Source: an uncultured Bacteroides sp.
GTDB taxonomy: Bacteria > Bacteroidota > Bacteroidia > Bacteroidales > Bacteroidaceae
NCBI RefSeq assembly: GCF_963678845.2
Contig: NZ_CAXXOR010000005.1
Span: 251,567 to 315,566, forward strand
DNA: 64,000 bases
Direction of reading: 5' to 3'
A program made the translations under genes and the position numbers. Under the pieces are notes generated by a model. That model saw only the letters and a program-made list of their open reading frames with translations, was not told the origin of the DNA and did no database searches. Positions within the stretch are counted from its first letter, which is position 1; every line of letters starts with the position of its first letter. This document shows, in pieces, positions 37,644 to 48,756 of this stretch.

Positions 37644-37876
37644 TGATAATTACAATACAATTAATATATCAGAGCCTCTAAATTAGGTAATTATTAATAG
37701 ATATACTATTTTTCGAGATAAATAATAAAAAATAAATTACTATTTAACAAAACCGTATTTTAATCAGCTAACTCTTTGAAAACAAACTATTAATAATGTT
37801 GTTCATTTTCTAAGGTTTCTAAATGGCTGTTACTTATTAACAAGAAAAAGATAACTAAACAGAATAGAATAAGTAG

Positions 37877-38815
37877 CTAATCCCCTATTTTATAGTTATT
37901 TAATATTCTTTCAGCCTCTACCTGATCCTTATAAAGCTGAGTCTTTAATTCCTCAATTCCATTGAACTTAACCTCAGAGCGAATGTGCTTAACAAAATAC
38001 ACACGGATAGTTCTGCCATAAATATAATGAGAGAAATTCAAGATATTTACTTCTATAGTCCGGTTTGTTCCATTATTTACTGTCGGGCGGTGACCAATAT
38101 TAATCATTCCAATATAATCTGTATCATCAACAGATACACGGACAGCATAGACTCCATTAGGAGGGATTATTTTATCCGGATCTACGCTTAAATTTGCTGT
38201 AGGAAAACCAATGGTACGACCAATCTTATGCCCGGTCACAACAACACCATCTAAGTAGTAGTTATAGCCCAGATAATAATTCACTTTATCAAAGTTGCCT
38301 GATAAAAGAGCTGTACGGATAACAGAAGAACTAATCTTATAACCTTCTATTGTAAGCGCTTTCGCATGAATTACCTCCATACCAATCTGTTTCCCATACT
38401 GAAAATAGTCATTGAATCCCTCACTGCGATTATGACCAAAACGATGGTCGTAACCTATAATCAATGAATCTATATGAAATTGTTCCTTTAATACCTGAGA
38501 CATAAAATCATGAGCAGTCAAGGCTGATAACTCGGCAGTAAAATTGAGAAGAAAACAATAGTCCACTCCCGTTTGGCTCAATAATTCTTCCTTTTCTTTG
38601 AGCGTAGTCAGTAATTCTAAATTATAATTTTGATCTATAACCTTGCGAGGATGCACCGGAAAAGTTATTAACGCAGCACGAAGACCTTTACTTGCAGCTA
38701 CAGCTTTAACTTGTTCTATGAGATAACGATGTCCCATATGTACCCCATCAAAAAATCCTATTGTTGCTACACATGGTTCAATTGCATAATCTTTTGGATT
38801 GCAAATGATCTTCAT
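37877..38815 (-). CDS. ribF: Bifunctional riboflavin kinase/FAD synthetase (start corrected to 38815)
   Basis: TIGFFDGVHMGH, GYDHRFG, ISSSVIR, GRTIGFPTAN. Confidence 0.95.
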   Translation of the reverse strand: MKIICNPKDYAIEPCVATIGFFDGVHMGHRYLIEQVKAVAASKGLRAALITFPVHPRKVIDQNYNLELLTTLKEKEELLSQTGVDYCFLLNFTAELSALTAHDFMSQVLKEQFHIDSLIIGYDHRFGHNRSEGFNDYFQYGKQIGMEVIHAKALTIEGYKISSSVIRTALLSGNFDKVNYYLGYNYYLDGVVVTGHKIGRTIGFPTANLSVDPDKIIPPNGVYAVRVSVDDTDYIGMINIGHRPTVNNGTNRTIEVNILNFSHYIYGRTIRVYFVKHIRSEVKFNGIEELKTQLYKDQVEAERILNNYKIGD

Positions 38816-38822
38816 CTTTTCA

Positions 38823-39437
38823 TTATTTAAAGATATGCCCCCAGTCTTCCTGATCTTTGGGGGTATAAGTATGAATACCAAGTGACTCAGCCACCTTGCA
38901 ATTTGCTGGAGAGTCATCTATAAAAAAAGTTTCTTCTGGTCTAATTCCAGTCTCTGCCAAAACCGTCTCAAAGATCTCTTTAGAGGGCTTAAGCTGATGT
39001 AACTGATAAGAAAGGAAAATCTTCTCAAAAAAGTCCTCCACGCGAAGACTTTTATAAGAGAAATAACGTTCACAAGACATCTCCCAATGTATTTGGTTCG
39101 TATTGCTTAACAAGTAAACATTATAGCTTTCACGAAGCTTCAATAAAAGGTCTAGTTTATAAGGTGGAACACTTATCAGAAAACTATTCCACGCATCGTC
39201 AATCTGCCTGTCGGTAATATCTTTCCCGATAGTCATTCTCAGTTCCTCGTGAAATTCATCTGTTGTAATATCTCCATTCTCCAACTTCATTAGAAGCCCC
39301 CGTTGATAATACGGATTCAGCATTTCTTCAATGCAATCAACGCCAATAGACTTAAAAGAATCAATACAGCGAGAACGATCCAAATCAACAAGTACTCCTC
39401 CAAAATCTATAATAAGGTTCTTTATCAGATTATTCAT
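38823..39437 (-). CDS. HAD-family phosphatase
   Basis: IIDFGGVLVD, LSNTN, KP, FIDD. Confidence 0.88.
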   Translation of the reverse strand: MNNLIKNLIIDFGGVLVDLDRSRCIDSFKSIGVDCIEEMLNPYYQRGLLMKLENGDITTDEFHEELRMTIGKDITDRQIDDAWNSFLISVPPYKLDLLLKLRESYNVYLLSNTNQIHWEMSCERYFSYKSLRVEDFFEKIFLSYQLHQLKPSKEIFETVLAETGIRPEETFFIDDSPANCKVAESLGIHTYTPKDQEDWGHIFK

Positions 39438-39440
39438 TTT

Positions 39441-42341
39441 CTAATGACTCTTCTTACGTTTGAAAAAACGAATAATCTCGCCTGCCCACAATACGATGGA
39501 TGTCAAACCAATAATCACAAGCCATGTTTGCCATTCAAGAGGTTCAGTTCGGAAAACTTTTCCACCAAACTGAACAATAAGGAACTGCCCTCCAATAATG
39601 AAAAGCAAGACAAGCTCTAATCCGAAGGATTTTGAAAGGCCTTTAAAGGCTGAATCACTGGTTCCAAAAACTCTGGTATTAAACAAATTCCAGAATTGCA
39701 ACATCACGAAAGTAGTAAAGAATAACGTTAGGTTATGAACGGTCATTATACCATCATCACCTGTATAATAAGTAATCATTCCCAATAGAAGGATCAAAAA
39801 GACCATACCTACACCAAGAATGTTATAGCGCATCTGTTTAGTGATAATAAAGTCTGTACCCTTACGTGGTTTTTCTTTCATAACAGAATCACTGGGAGGA
39901 ATAGAAGCTAAAGCCAATGCAGCAAAAGTATCCATTATAAGATTCACCCAAAGCATTTGTGTAACCGTCAATGGTAATTGTGTTCCTACAAATGATCCAA
40001 GCAGAACAATTAATAATGCTACAAAATTTATAGTCATCTGGAAAACAATGAAGCGTTGAATGTTCTTATACAATGAACGTCCCCACATCACCGCTGTACT
40101 GATACTATTAAAAGAGTCATCAAGCAGCGTTATATCACTAGCCTCCTTTGCTACAGAAGTTCCTGTACCCATAGAAAGTCCCACTTGTGCATGATTCAGT
40201 GCCGGAGCATCATTTGTTCCATCACCTGTTACGGCCACAACAGCACCTTTTTGTTGCAAGAGTTGCACCAACCTTTGCTTATCAGTAGGGCGGGCACGAG
40301 ACATTATCTTCAAATCCAATACACGACCCAACAGTTCCTCATCACTAAGTTCTGCAAAGCCTGCACCTGTAATATGATTCCAGTCCGTATCAGCATCTGT
40401 CCATAATCCAATCTGACGGGCAATTTCTTTTGCAGTTCCCGGAGTATCACCGGTAACAATCTTCACATCAATTCCGGCAGACTGACATTTTTCTACAGCA
40501 GCAGGTACATCCAAACGAATAGGATCTGATATGGCAACAACACCAATGAAGTTAAGATCATTACCTGCAGCCAAATCAACACAATCACCCTGGATATCTG
40601 CATCCACTATCTTGTAGGCAAATCCTAAAGTACGCATCGCCATGTTCTGATAAGCCAATAATTGCGCTTCAACAGTTGCACGGTATTCTGAGGTACTAAC
40701 AGACTTATCTCCCAAAATAACTTTTTTACATTTTCCTAATACAATTTCAGGAGCACCTTTCACATAAAGAATCTTCTTACCTAAAAGAGATGACTTTACC
40801 AATGTGGCCATAAACTTACGTTCAGTAGAGAATGTAAGCTGGTCATATACCTTTGCATTTTCTCTTAACTCAAGGTAATTCACATTCTGAGAATCGAGCC
40901 ATAGTAACAATGCAACCTCTGTTGGATTACCCACACCTTTGGGTTTCTCATTTTCGTTTGCCTCTTCAAGAAATGCTGTAGAGTTTGTACAGATTCCTTC
41001 TTGTATCAATTTACTAATATCATCATCGGCCAATTTTCCACTTTCTTTCAATCCGTAGAATTTGGTTTCATGCACCTGCATTAAGTTCTGTGTAAGAGTT
41101 CCTGTCTTATCTGTGCAAATAACAGTTACCGCACCCATCGTTTCACAAGCGTGCATTTTACGAACCAGATTATTTGTAGAAAGCATACGGCGCATATTCA
41201 ATGCCAGACTAAGAGTTACGCTCATAGGCAAACCTTCGGGTACAGCTACCACAATTAATGTAACAGCCATCATGAAATATTTAAGTACAATCTGGAAAAT
41301 TGCTACATAAGCCTGCCAATTATCTACCTCACTTGAATCTAAACCATAAGCCGCAAATGCGATCACACTTACCAACACAAAAGAGAAAACTCCTATCAAT
41401 GACCAGAACCAGGACGGACGCCTGTTTATAGCCAGAGAATATTTATGAGGCATCCACATTTTTATTGAGGCGATCATCAGACCTAAAATAGCTGCAATAG
41501 AAAAAACCTTGGCACCTATAAGTTTATCGAAAAGAGTACCCTGATATTCAACAGAACTAATGAACAACACATCCTTAATAAAGAAAACAAGGAAAGTAGC
41601 CATTGCAACTGAGAATCCTACAGTACCAATAAATTGTGCAAGTTTACTCAACTGCACATTAAGCGGAGTAGGTTCTTCACTTTGTTCAGTAGATTGTTTT
41701 GCAACCTTTCCAATTTCTGTGGCATCACCAACACGCAGTACCTTCATTATTCCGTGTCCATCAACCACTGTTGTGCCACGCATTACGATATTTGAAGCAT
41801 AAGTAGCTTCTTCATCAAAATGCAATTCATCAGTTGTTTTTTCTACAACCGGCTCTCCAGTCAGGTTTGACTCGTTAATCTGCATTGAAATAGCCTCAAT
41901 CAGTTCTCCGTCTGCGGGTACTTCTTCACCAGTTTCAAGCATTATAATATCACCTACAACTATATCTTTACGCGGAACCTCACGAACTTTACCATTGCGA
42001 AGTACTTTTACAGCAGTTTCTTCATTTACTGCATTCAGCAGATCAAACTTCTTACTAGCATCATATTCAAAATAGAAACCAATACCGGTTGCCAGGAAAA
42101 TGGCAAAGAAGATACCGATTGTTTCGGCATACTCATGTTCAATAAGAGAGATAAGCAATGAAAACATTGCAGCAATAAGTAATACGCGTATTACAGGATC
42201 ATCAAATTTTTCGAAGTAAAGTTTCCAAAGAGACATGCGCTTTGGAGGCGTTAATAAGTTTATTCCATTTTTCTCACGACTGTCAATAACTTGTTGGTCG
42301 TTAAGTCCAATATGGTAATAATCATTCTTTGTTTCAGCCAT
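39441..42341 (-). CDS. P-type cation ATPase (Ca2+-translocating, PMCA-type)
   Basis: TGE, VAVPEGLP, DKTGTLT, TGD, GDGTNDAPAL. Confidence 0.93.
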   Translation of the reverse strand: MAETKNDYYHIGLNDQQVIDSREKNGINLLTPPKRMSLWKLYFEKFDDPVIRVLLIAAMFSLLISLIEHEYAETIGIFFAIFLATGIGFYFEYDASKKFDLLNAVNEETAVKVLRNGKVREVPRKDIVVGDIIMLETGEEVPADGELIEAISMQINESNLTGEPVVEKTTDELHFDEEATYASNIVMRGTTVVDGHGIMKVLRVGDATEIGKVAKQSTEQSEEPTPLNVQLSKLAQFIGTVGFSVAMATFLVFFIKDVLFISSVEYQGTLFDKLIGAKVFSIAAILGLMIASIKMWMPHKYSLAINRRPSWFWSLIGVFSFVLVSVIAFAAYGLDSSEVDNWQAYVAIFQIVLKYFMMAVTLIVVAVPEGLPMSVTLSLALNMRRMLSTNNLVRKMHACETMGAVTVICTDKTGTLTQNLMQVHETKFYGLKESGKLADDDISKLIQEGICTNSTAFLEEANENEKPKGVGNPTEVALLLWLDSQNVNYLELRENAKVYDQLTFSTERKFMATLVKSSLLGKKILYVKGAPEIVLGKCKKVILGDKSVSTSEYRATVEAQLLAYQNMAMRTLGFAYKIVDADIQGDCVDLAAGNDLNFIGVVAISDPIRLDVPAAVEKCQSAGIDVKIVTGDTPGTAKEIARQIGLWTDADTDWNHITGAGFAELSDEELLGRVLDLKIMSRARPTDKQRLVQLLQQKGAVVAVTGDGTNDAPALNHAQVGLSMGTGTSVAKEASDITLLDDSFNSISTAVMWGRSLYKNIQRFIVFQMTINFVALLIVLLGSFVGTQLPLTVTQMLWVNLIMDTFAALALASIPPSDSVMKEKPRKGTDFIITKQMRYNILGVGMVFLILLLGMITYYTGDDGIMTVHNLTLFFTTFVMLQFWNLFNTRVFGTSDSAFKGLSKSFGLELVLLFIIGGQFLIVQFGGKVFRTEPLEWQTWLVIIGLTSIVLWAGEIIRFFKRKKSH

Positions 42342-42356
42342 ATAAGTTTAATTTCG

Positions 42357-43931
42357 TTATTTTAGTTTTTTGTCGTAATCACCAGACTGTAATATTTCAA
42401 CGCCCTTTCTTATACTTTCATTTGCAGTGTTCATTACGTGATAATACTCATTCATATCCCATAAATCACGTGCAATAAGAGCTTTTAGCTGAGTTTTCAA
42501 TAAGGGCTCCGAAGTCTTCAACTGTTCCTTATTAAGTGGCACTTTTGTTTCATTGCCCATAGCAACTAAATCATCCATTAAAGAACTATTTATCAAAAAC
42601 TTATCATTAAAATCACCAAATGTTTTATATTTATCAAGTAACTCTTTGCGGTGATTCTCAACATATTTAAGTGTAACTTTCAAGACAATTCCTTTAGCCA
42701 CTAGATTACGGTGGTAATCAGTATAAAGAGCGGTGTCAACAGGTACAAAGAAATCGGGCATAATTCCACCACCACCATAAACAATTCTTTCAAATTTCTT
42801 CGTTTTGCATTTGAGTGAATCTGGGAAATGAATACTGTCTGAGTTCATCATTTCTCCTTTATTATAGCGGTTTATCAAATCCATATTGTATTTTTCAATA
42901 CTTTCATAAGGCTTTTGAATGCATCTCCCGGCAGGAGTGTAATAACGAGCAACAGTTAAACGAATCATCGAGCCATCAGGTAAATCAATTGGTCGTTGTA
43001 CCAACCCCTTTCCAAAAGAACGACGCCCTACAATTAGCCCTCTGTCCCAGTCTTGAATTGCACCCGACAGGATTTCACTTGCAGATGCTGAGAATTCATT
43101 AACCAATACAACCAACCGGCCCTTTTGAAAGGTACCAGTTCCTTTGGCAAAGAACTCACTTCGAGGAGCACGCTGACCTTCAGTATACACAATTAATTCT
43201 TTTTCTCCTAGGAATTCATTTGCCAGATCAATAGCAGCATTCAGATATCCACCACCATTATCCTGCAAATCAAGAATTAAATCTTTCATGCCTTTTGCTT
43301 TCAGTTCCTTGAGTGCTTTAGCAAATTCTTCAGCAGTAGTAGATGCGAAACGACTGACTCTTATATATCCTATTTTATCCTGAATCATATAAGAAGCATC
43401 CAGACTATAAAGAGGAATGCGATCACGCTTAACTTTAAAATGAAGTAAATCTTTAACGCCTCTTCTTAATACCTTTAAATTGACAATTGATCCTTTCGGG
43501 CCTTTAAGGCGGCGCATAACCTCATCGGTACTCATTTTCACCCCCGCAATAGCAGTATCATTAACAGCAACGATACGGTCACCTGCAAGAATACCGATTT
43601 TCTCCGAAGGACCACCGGAAACGGGTTGAATTACCAGTAAGGTATCTTCAGACATATTAAACTGCACTCCTATTCCCTCAAAATTACCTTGCAAAGGTTC
43701 ATTAAGCTTTTTCACTTCGTCCGGATTGGCATACGTTGAATGAGGATCAAGGGTAGATAACATCTTAACAATAGCATCTTCTACTAATTTGTCTTCATTC
43801 ACTTTATCAACATAAAGATTATTGATAGCAAACTCTGCCATATGTAATTTACGGGAAGCAACGGTTCCGTAGTTCTGAGCCTGCGCACTAACAGAAAGCA
43901 AGCATATAAAAGAAACGAATATTTTTTTCAT
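42357..43931 (-). CDS. S41-family C-terminal processing peptidase (second paralogue)
   Basis: DLQDNGGG, SASASEI, RSFGKGLVQ. Confidence 0.92.
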   Translation of the reverse strand: MKKIFVSFICLLSVSAQAQNYGTVASRKLHMAEFAINNLYVDKVNEDKLVEDAIVKMLSTLDPHSTYANPDEVKKLNEPLQGNFEGIGVQFNMSEDTLLVIQPVSGGPSEKIGILAGDRIVAVNDTAIAGVKMSTDEVMRRLKGPKGSIVNLKVLRRGVKDLLHFKVKRDRIPLYSLDASYMIQDKIGYIRVSRFASTTAEEFAKALKELKAKGMKDLILDLQDNGGGYLNAAIDLANEFLGEKELIVYTEGQRAPRSEFFAKGTGTFQKGRLVVLVNEFSASASEILSGAIQDWDRGLIVGRRSFGKGLVQRPIDLPDGSMIRLTVARYYTPAGRCIQKPYESIEKYNMDLINRYNKGEMMNSDSIHFPDSLKCKTKKFERIVYGGGGIMPDFFVPVDTALYTDYHRNLVAKGIVLKVTLKYVENHRKELLDKYKTFGDFNDKFLINSSLMDDLVAMGNETKVPLNKEQLKTSEPLLKTQLKALIARDLWDMNEYYHVMNTANESIRKGVEILQSGDYDKKLK

Positions 43932-43948
43932 TCGATAATTATTTCGGA

Positions 43949-44401
43949 TCAGATAACCATTCCTTCAGGAATAAAGCAACTGATATCTTTGTTATATTGC
44001 AAAAGTTCTCTCACAATAGTGGAACTCACACAAGTCAGTTCCGGCTCTGTAAATAGTAATATTGTCTCAATTCCAGCCAATTTTCTATTAACATCAGCAA
44101 TGGTTTCTTCGTATTCAAAATCTTTCACCGTACGGATACCACGGACAATGAACTTTGCATCAACAAACTGAGCAAAATCAATTGTCAGGGAATTATAAGG
44201 CAGCACCTTTATTCTCGGTTCATCCTTATACAGATTTTGGATCATCTCCACACGTTTTTCTATTGGGAAATAGGTTTTCTTGTTTTCATTAATACCTATA
44301 CTGATTACTATTTCATCCATAAAGGTTAAAGCACGCTTTACCACTGAATAATGGCCGATAGTAAAAGGATCAAATGTTCCGGGAAATATGGCTCTTCTCA
44401 T
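43949..44401 (-). CDS. coaD: Phosphopantetheine adenylyltransferase
   Basis: [25 protein letters not shown]. Confidence 0.96.
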   Translation of the reverse strand: MRRAIFPGTFDPFTIGHYSVVKRALTFMDEIVISIGINENKKTYFPIEKRVEMIQNLYKDEPRIKVLPYNSLTIDFAQFVDAKFIVRGIRTVKDFEYEETIADVNRKLAGIETILLFTEPELTCVSSTIVRELLQYNKDISCFIPEGMVI

Positions 44402-44405
44402 AATT

Positions 44406-46268
44406 TTAAGCTACATCTTCTTCAATAACCAGGTTATCTATAATAAAGTTCTGGCGTTCCATGGTATTCTTTCCCATGTAGAACTCTAAAAGTCCTTTTA
44501 CCAAATCATTTCTTCTCAGAGACACTTGTTCCAGGCGTATGTCTTTTCCAATAAAATGCCTGAATTCATCCGGAGAGATCTCTCCTAGCCCTTTGAATCG
44601 GGTAATCTCAGGATTGGGAGAAAGTTTATTGATAGCACTTATTCTCTCCTCATCCGAATAGCAATAAATAGTCTCTTTCTTATTTCTTACACGGAAAAGA
44701 GGAGTCTGCAAAATATAGACATGCCCCTTCTTTATCAGATCGGGGAAAAACTGCAGAAAGAAAGTGATCAGCAACAAACGGATGTGCATACCATCCACAT
44801 CGGCATCAGTAGAAACAATCACTTTGTTATAACGCAGTCCTTCAATTCCATCTTCAATATTGAGTGCAGCCTGAAGCAGATTAAACTCTTCATTCTCATA
44901 AACCACCTTCTTAGTTAGCCCAAAAGAGTTAAGCGGTTTACCACGTAGACTAAACACTGCCTGAGTATTCACATCACGACTTTTAGTGATAGATCCACTA
45001 GCAGAATCTCCCTCGGTAATAAAGATGGAGGAATCTTCCGGATTCTTTCCTTTCAAATCATTTAAGTGGACACGACAATCGCGTAACTTCCGATTGTGCA
45101 GGTTGGCTTTCTTTGCACGTTCACGGGCCAACTTGGTAACACCCGCAATAGCCTTCCGTTCTTTCTCAGAGTCTTGTATTTTCTGAAGTAAGATTTCTGA
45201 AGTTTCATGATTGATGTGTAGATAATTATCCAGTTCTCGTTTTACAAAATCACCGATAAACTTACCTACAGAAGGTCCATCCGGGCCAATATCCTTAGAA
45301 CCTAGTTTTGTTTTTGTCTGAGACTCAAACACAGGCTCTTCCACCTTTATGCTGATAGCTCCCACCATGCCAGAACGAATGTCGGCATAATCGAAGTTCT
45401 TGGAATAATACTCCTTAATAGTCTTTGCTACTGCTTCACGAAAAGCGGCAAGATGAGTTCCGCCCTGAGTGGTATGCTGTCCGTTAACAAAAGAATAATA
45501 TTCTTCACCGTATTGATCACTATGAGTAAGCACCAGCTCTATATCTTCTCCTTTCAAATGAATAATAGGATAAAGCGGATCAGTGGTCATATTCTCATTT
45601 AGCAAGTCGACCAATCCATTTCTTGAATTGAACTTCTTCCCGTTAAATACAATAGTCAGGCCAGAGTTCAGGAATACGTAATTCTTCAGCAACGGTTCAA
45701 TGTGTTCCTTTTCGTAGTGATAATCTTTGAAGATTGTCTCATCCGGAATGAACTCTGTTAATGTACCATTATCATGTTCTGTCTCTGCTATTGGGAAATC
45801 ATTGATAATTGTACCTCTTTCAAACTCGGCAGTTTTCTCCTCTCCTTCTCTGAAACTAGATATACGAAAGAAGGAAGAAAGCGCATTTACAGCCTTTATA
45901 CCAACACCGTTTAATCCAACAGACTTTTTGAAAGCCTTAGAGTCATATTTACCTCCGGTATTCATCTTTGAAGAAACATCGATCACCTTTCCTAAAGGGA
46001 TACCACGTCCATGGTCACGTACCGTAACCTTTCCGTCGGCAACCGTAACCTCGATCGTTTTACCAAATCCCATCATGTACTCATCAATAGAATTATCCAT
46101 CGCCTCTTTCAGAAGCACATAAATTCCATCATCAGAATGAGATCCATCACCTAGCTTACCGATATACATACCAGGCCTACGGCGAATATGCTCTTTCCAA
46201 TCAAGGGTCCGAATATTTTCCTCTGTATATTCTACGACCTGGATTTTTTCTTCTATTCTTTCTTCCAT
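44406..46268 (-). CDS. parE: DNA topoisomerase IV subunit B
   Basis: [39 protein letters not shown]; short 620-aa form. Confidence 0.92.
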   Translation of the reverse strand: MEERIEEKIQVVEYTEENIRTLDWKEHIRRRPGMYIGKLGDGSHSDDGIYVLLKEAMDNSIDEYMMGFGKTIEVTVADGKVTVRDHGRGIPLGKVIDVSSKMNTGGKYDSKAFKKSVGLNGVGIKAVNALSSFFRISSFREGEEKTAEFERGTIINDFPIAETEHDNGTLTEFIPDETIFKDYHYEKEHIEPLLKNYVFLNSGLTIVFNGKKFNSRNGLVDLLNENMTTDPLYPIIHLKGEDIELVLTHSDQYGEEYYSFVNGQHTTQGGTHLAAFREAVAKTIKEYYSKNFDYADIRSGMVGAISIKVEEPVFESQTKTKLGSKDIGPDGPSVGKFIGDFVKRELDNYLHINHETSEILLQKIQDSEKERKAIAGVTKLARERAKKANLHNRKLRDCRVHLNDLKGKNPEDSSIFITEGDSASGSITKSRDVNTQAVFSLRGKPLNSFGLTKKVVYENEEFNLLQAALNIEDGIEGLRYNKVIVSTDADVDGMHIRLLLITFFLQFFPDLIKKGHVYILQTPLFRVRNKKETIYCYSDEERISAINKLSPNPEITRFKGLGEISPDEFRHFIGKDIRLEQVSLRRNDLVKGLLEFYMGKNTMERQNFIIDNLVIEEDVA

Positions 46269-46296
46269 AATTATAAATCTGCCAATAGCTTATATA

Positions 46297-47436
46297 CTAC
46301 AAATCTATTTTCTTTATAAATGCACGACGGCGTTTATGTTGAACTGTTTCAAAGTATTCCCACTGAGCCTGAACCTTACCATTCAACTCCAATTCAGGAT
46401 TGCTTTCCGCAAATATACAACCTTCTTTTTGGTAAACTGGAATTAAATCGGAAAATAATAAGGCATTAACCCCTTTGTTTTGATACTCTGGCTTTACTGC
46501 AATCAAAAGAAGATCAATAACTTTTCTTTTTCCAAAGAATAGGGCTTTTATTAAATGGAACCAGCCAAAAGGCAATAATCTTCCATGAGCTTTTTGTAAT
46601 GCAACAGACAAAGATGGCATAGTAATACCGGCTGCAATTAACTTGCCTTCCTGATCAACGACAAGAGGAACCATTTTTAAATCGACAATAGGAAGATAAA
46701 TCTTCATATAATGTTCAATTTGTTTTTGAGAAAGCGCAGAATAGCCATATAGTGGACTATAAGCCTCGTTCAACAAATCGAAGATAGCCTGTCCGTAATC
46801 TTTAGCTAATTTTTTGCTCGAGGTATATTTTAAAACTCTAAGATTATACTTTCTTTGAATCAAATCAGAAATGCGCTGGTGTTTTTCAGGTACACCTGTC
46901 TCTGGAATATAAATCTGAAACTCCACCCAGTCGGCATCTTTCTCGTAGCCAAATTTCTGCATGTGTTCAGGATAGTAAGGATAATTATAAATTGTGGCCA
47001 TGGTGCTCAACTGGTCAAAACCTTCAACCAGCATACCTTCTGCATCAAAATCTGTGAATCCTAATGGTCCCTGAATGTTTTCCATTCCATGTTCCTTGCC
47101 ATATTTTTCCACCGTTTTAAGCAATGCCTCGGAAACCTCTATATCATCAATAAAATCAATCCATCCAAAGCGTACATCTTTTTTATTCCAGGTTTTGTTT
47201 GCCTTATGATTAATAATGGCCGCTACTCTGCCTACCAGTTTATCATCTTTATATGCTAAAAAATACTCTGCCTCACAAAATTCAAAAGCCGGATTTTTAT
47301 GCTTATTAAATGTATTAAGCATATCATCATAAAGATCGGGAACAGAATAGGCATTGCCTTTATATAACTCTTTGTTGAATTGAATAAACTTTTTAAGTTC
47401 TTTTTTATTAGATACTTGTTTTATTATTATAGCCAT
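46297..47436 (-). CDS. GNAT/N-acetyltransferase-like conserved protein (start corrected to 47436)
   Basis: VGRVAAIIN, RFGWIDFIDD, GPLGFTD, YNYPYY, PEYQNKGV. Confidence 0.7.
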   Translation of the reverse strand: MAIIIKQVSNKKELKKFIQFNKELYKGNAYSVPDLYDDMLNTFNKHKNPAFEFCEAEYFLAYKDDKLVGRVAAIINHKANKTWNKKDVRFGWIDFIDDIEVSEALLKTVEKYGKEHGMENIQGPLGFTDFDAEGMLVEGFDQLSTMATIYNYPYYPEHMQKFGYEKDADWVEFQIYIPETGVPEKHQRISDLIQRKYNLRVLKYTSSKKLAKDYGQAIFDLLNEAYSPLYGYSALSQKQIEHYMKIYLPIVDLKMVPLVVDQEGKLIAAGITMPSLSVALQKAHGRLLPFGWFHLIKALFFGKRKVIDLLLIAVKPEYQNKGVNALLFSDLIPVYQKEGCIFAESNPELELNGKVQAQWEYFETVQHKRRRAFIKKIDL

Positions 47437-47553
47437 AGGTTGTATAAATGTTAAGAATGCAAAGATACTCTTTTTCAATAAAAAACATAAATCCCACCTT
47501 ATTAATCTAATTTAAAGGTCTCCTTTTATCACAATTATTGGTATATATCAAGG

Positions 47554-48735
47554 TTAGGACTTATGACATTTTACAAGTACCTTCTGTTCATCCATCAAAG
47601 TAGTTGCAAAAAGATAAGTATCACCCCCATCGGAAAGCTTCAGCCTCTTACGAAGTTCCGCCACCGAAGAAGGGAAATTACGGACAGTAATATTTGCTTG
47701 TTTTATAGCTTCCAAGTTCACTTTAAGTTCCTTTTTATTCAGACTAAAGACTGCTTCACACTCAAACTTCCTTCCCGGAAAATCTGCAATCAGCTGGTCT
47801 GAGGTATACAGATGACTATTTGAATGTAGCTTTTTCAACTTATAACTGTTTGCCATGCTCTTATAAGCTCCAGCCTTGAGAATAGACGCATTAGGTTCAT
47901 AAAGAAAACGGCCTACTGTTTGTGTATATTCACAACCCTGCTGTTCCTGTTCCTTATCGAATGAGTAAGTCTGAATTTCTCCATTCTTAAGAATATTCAC
48001 GCAGTGAATCAGTATTTTATTATCTACACTCTCTTTACGAAGAATCACAAGAAGCTCCTTACATTCATTAGCTACAGATACTACATACACTTCTCTGGCA
48101 AAAGGCAAATCGTGTAATGCCAAAGAGAGATCTAACATAGGAGAAAGTTTTATCAACACCTGGCCGGCTTTACTTACAAGCAATTCAGATATCTCCGCAA
48201 CATTTGGCTCGCAATCAGCTATAGCGACCACCTTTCCGCCTTGTTCATTTCTTCTTGCAGGATCAAGAAACAGCCAGTCTACCTTTTCCACCTGAGAAAG
48301 ATACTCTACACCGTCTCCGTTCACCACATCAATATGCTCCAAACCCAATAAAGGGAAGTTAAGAGAAGCTATTTCACACAGTTCTTGCTGACGTTCCACA
48401 TAAACTGCCCGTTGAAAGTTTGCAGAAAGGAAAGCACAATCAATCCCCATCCCTCCGGTCATATCCACTAAAGTATTCCCTTTAATAAGAGCCGATTTAT
48501 ATCTTGCAGTAGCTTCCGAAGAACATTGTTCCAAAGAAAGATGCCTTGGGTAAATCAATCCATCAGTGTTTCCCCAAGAAGGAATTTTATCCATCGCTAT
48601 TCTTCTGCCAACTATCTGAGTAATAACAAAGGGCATATCTACATCAGGATATTTTTTTGCCTGAAAAGCAAGCTTTGAAGGATCATCAGTTACATGCTCT
48701 TTGATAAATTCAGTTGTTGCGTCGGTAAGTTTCAT
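47554..48735 (-). CDS. SAM-dependent methyltransferase with THUMP-like C-terminal domain
   Basis: VDMTGGMGID, FLDPARR, LYEPNASILKAG. Confidence 0.8.
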   Translation of the reverse strand: MKLTDATTEFIKEHVTDDPSKLAFQAKKYPDVDMPFVITQIVGRRIAMDKIPSWGNTDGLIYPRHLSLEQCSSEATARYKSALIKGNTLVDMTGGMGIDCAFLSANFQRAVYVERQQELCEIASLNFPLLGLEHIDVVNGDGVEYLSQVEKVDWLFLDPARRNEQGGKVVAIADCEPNVAEISELLVSKAGQVLIKLSPMLDLSLALHDLPFAREVYVVSVANECKELLVILRKESVDNKILIHCVNILKNGEIQTYSFDKEQEQQGCEYTQTVGRFLYEPNASILKAGAYKSMANSYKLKKLHSNSHLYTSDQLIADFPGRKFECEAVFSLNKKELKVNLEAIKQANITVRNFPSSVAELRKRLKLSDGGDTYLFATTLMDEQKVLVKCHKS

Positions 48736-48756
48736 CTGATTATTAATAAGGGATTT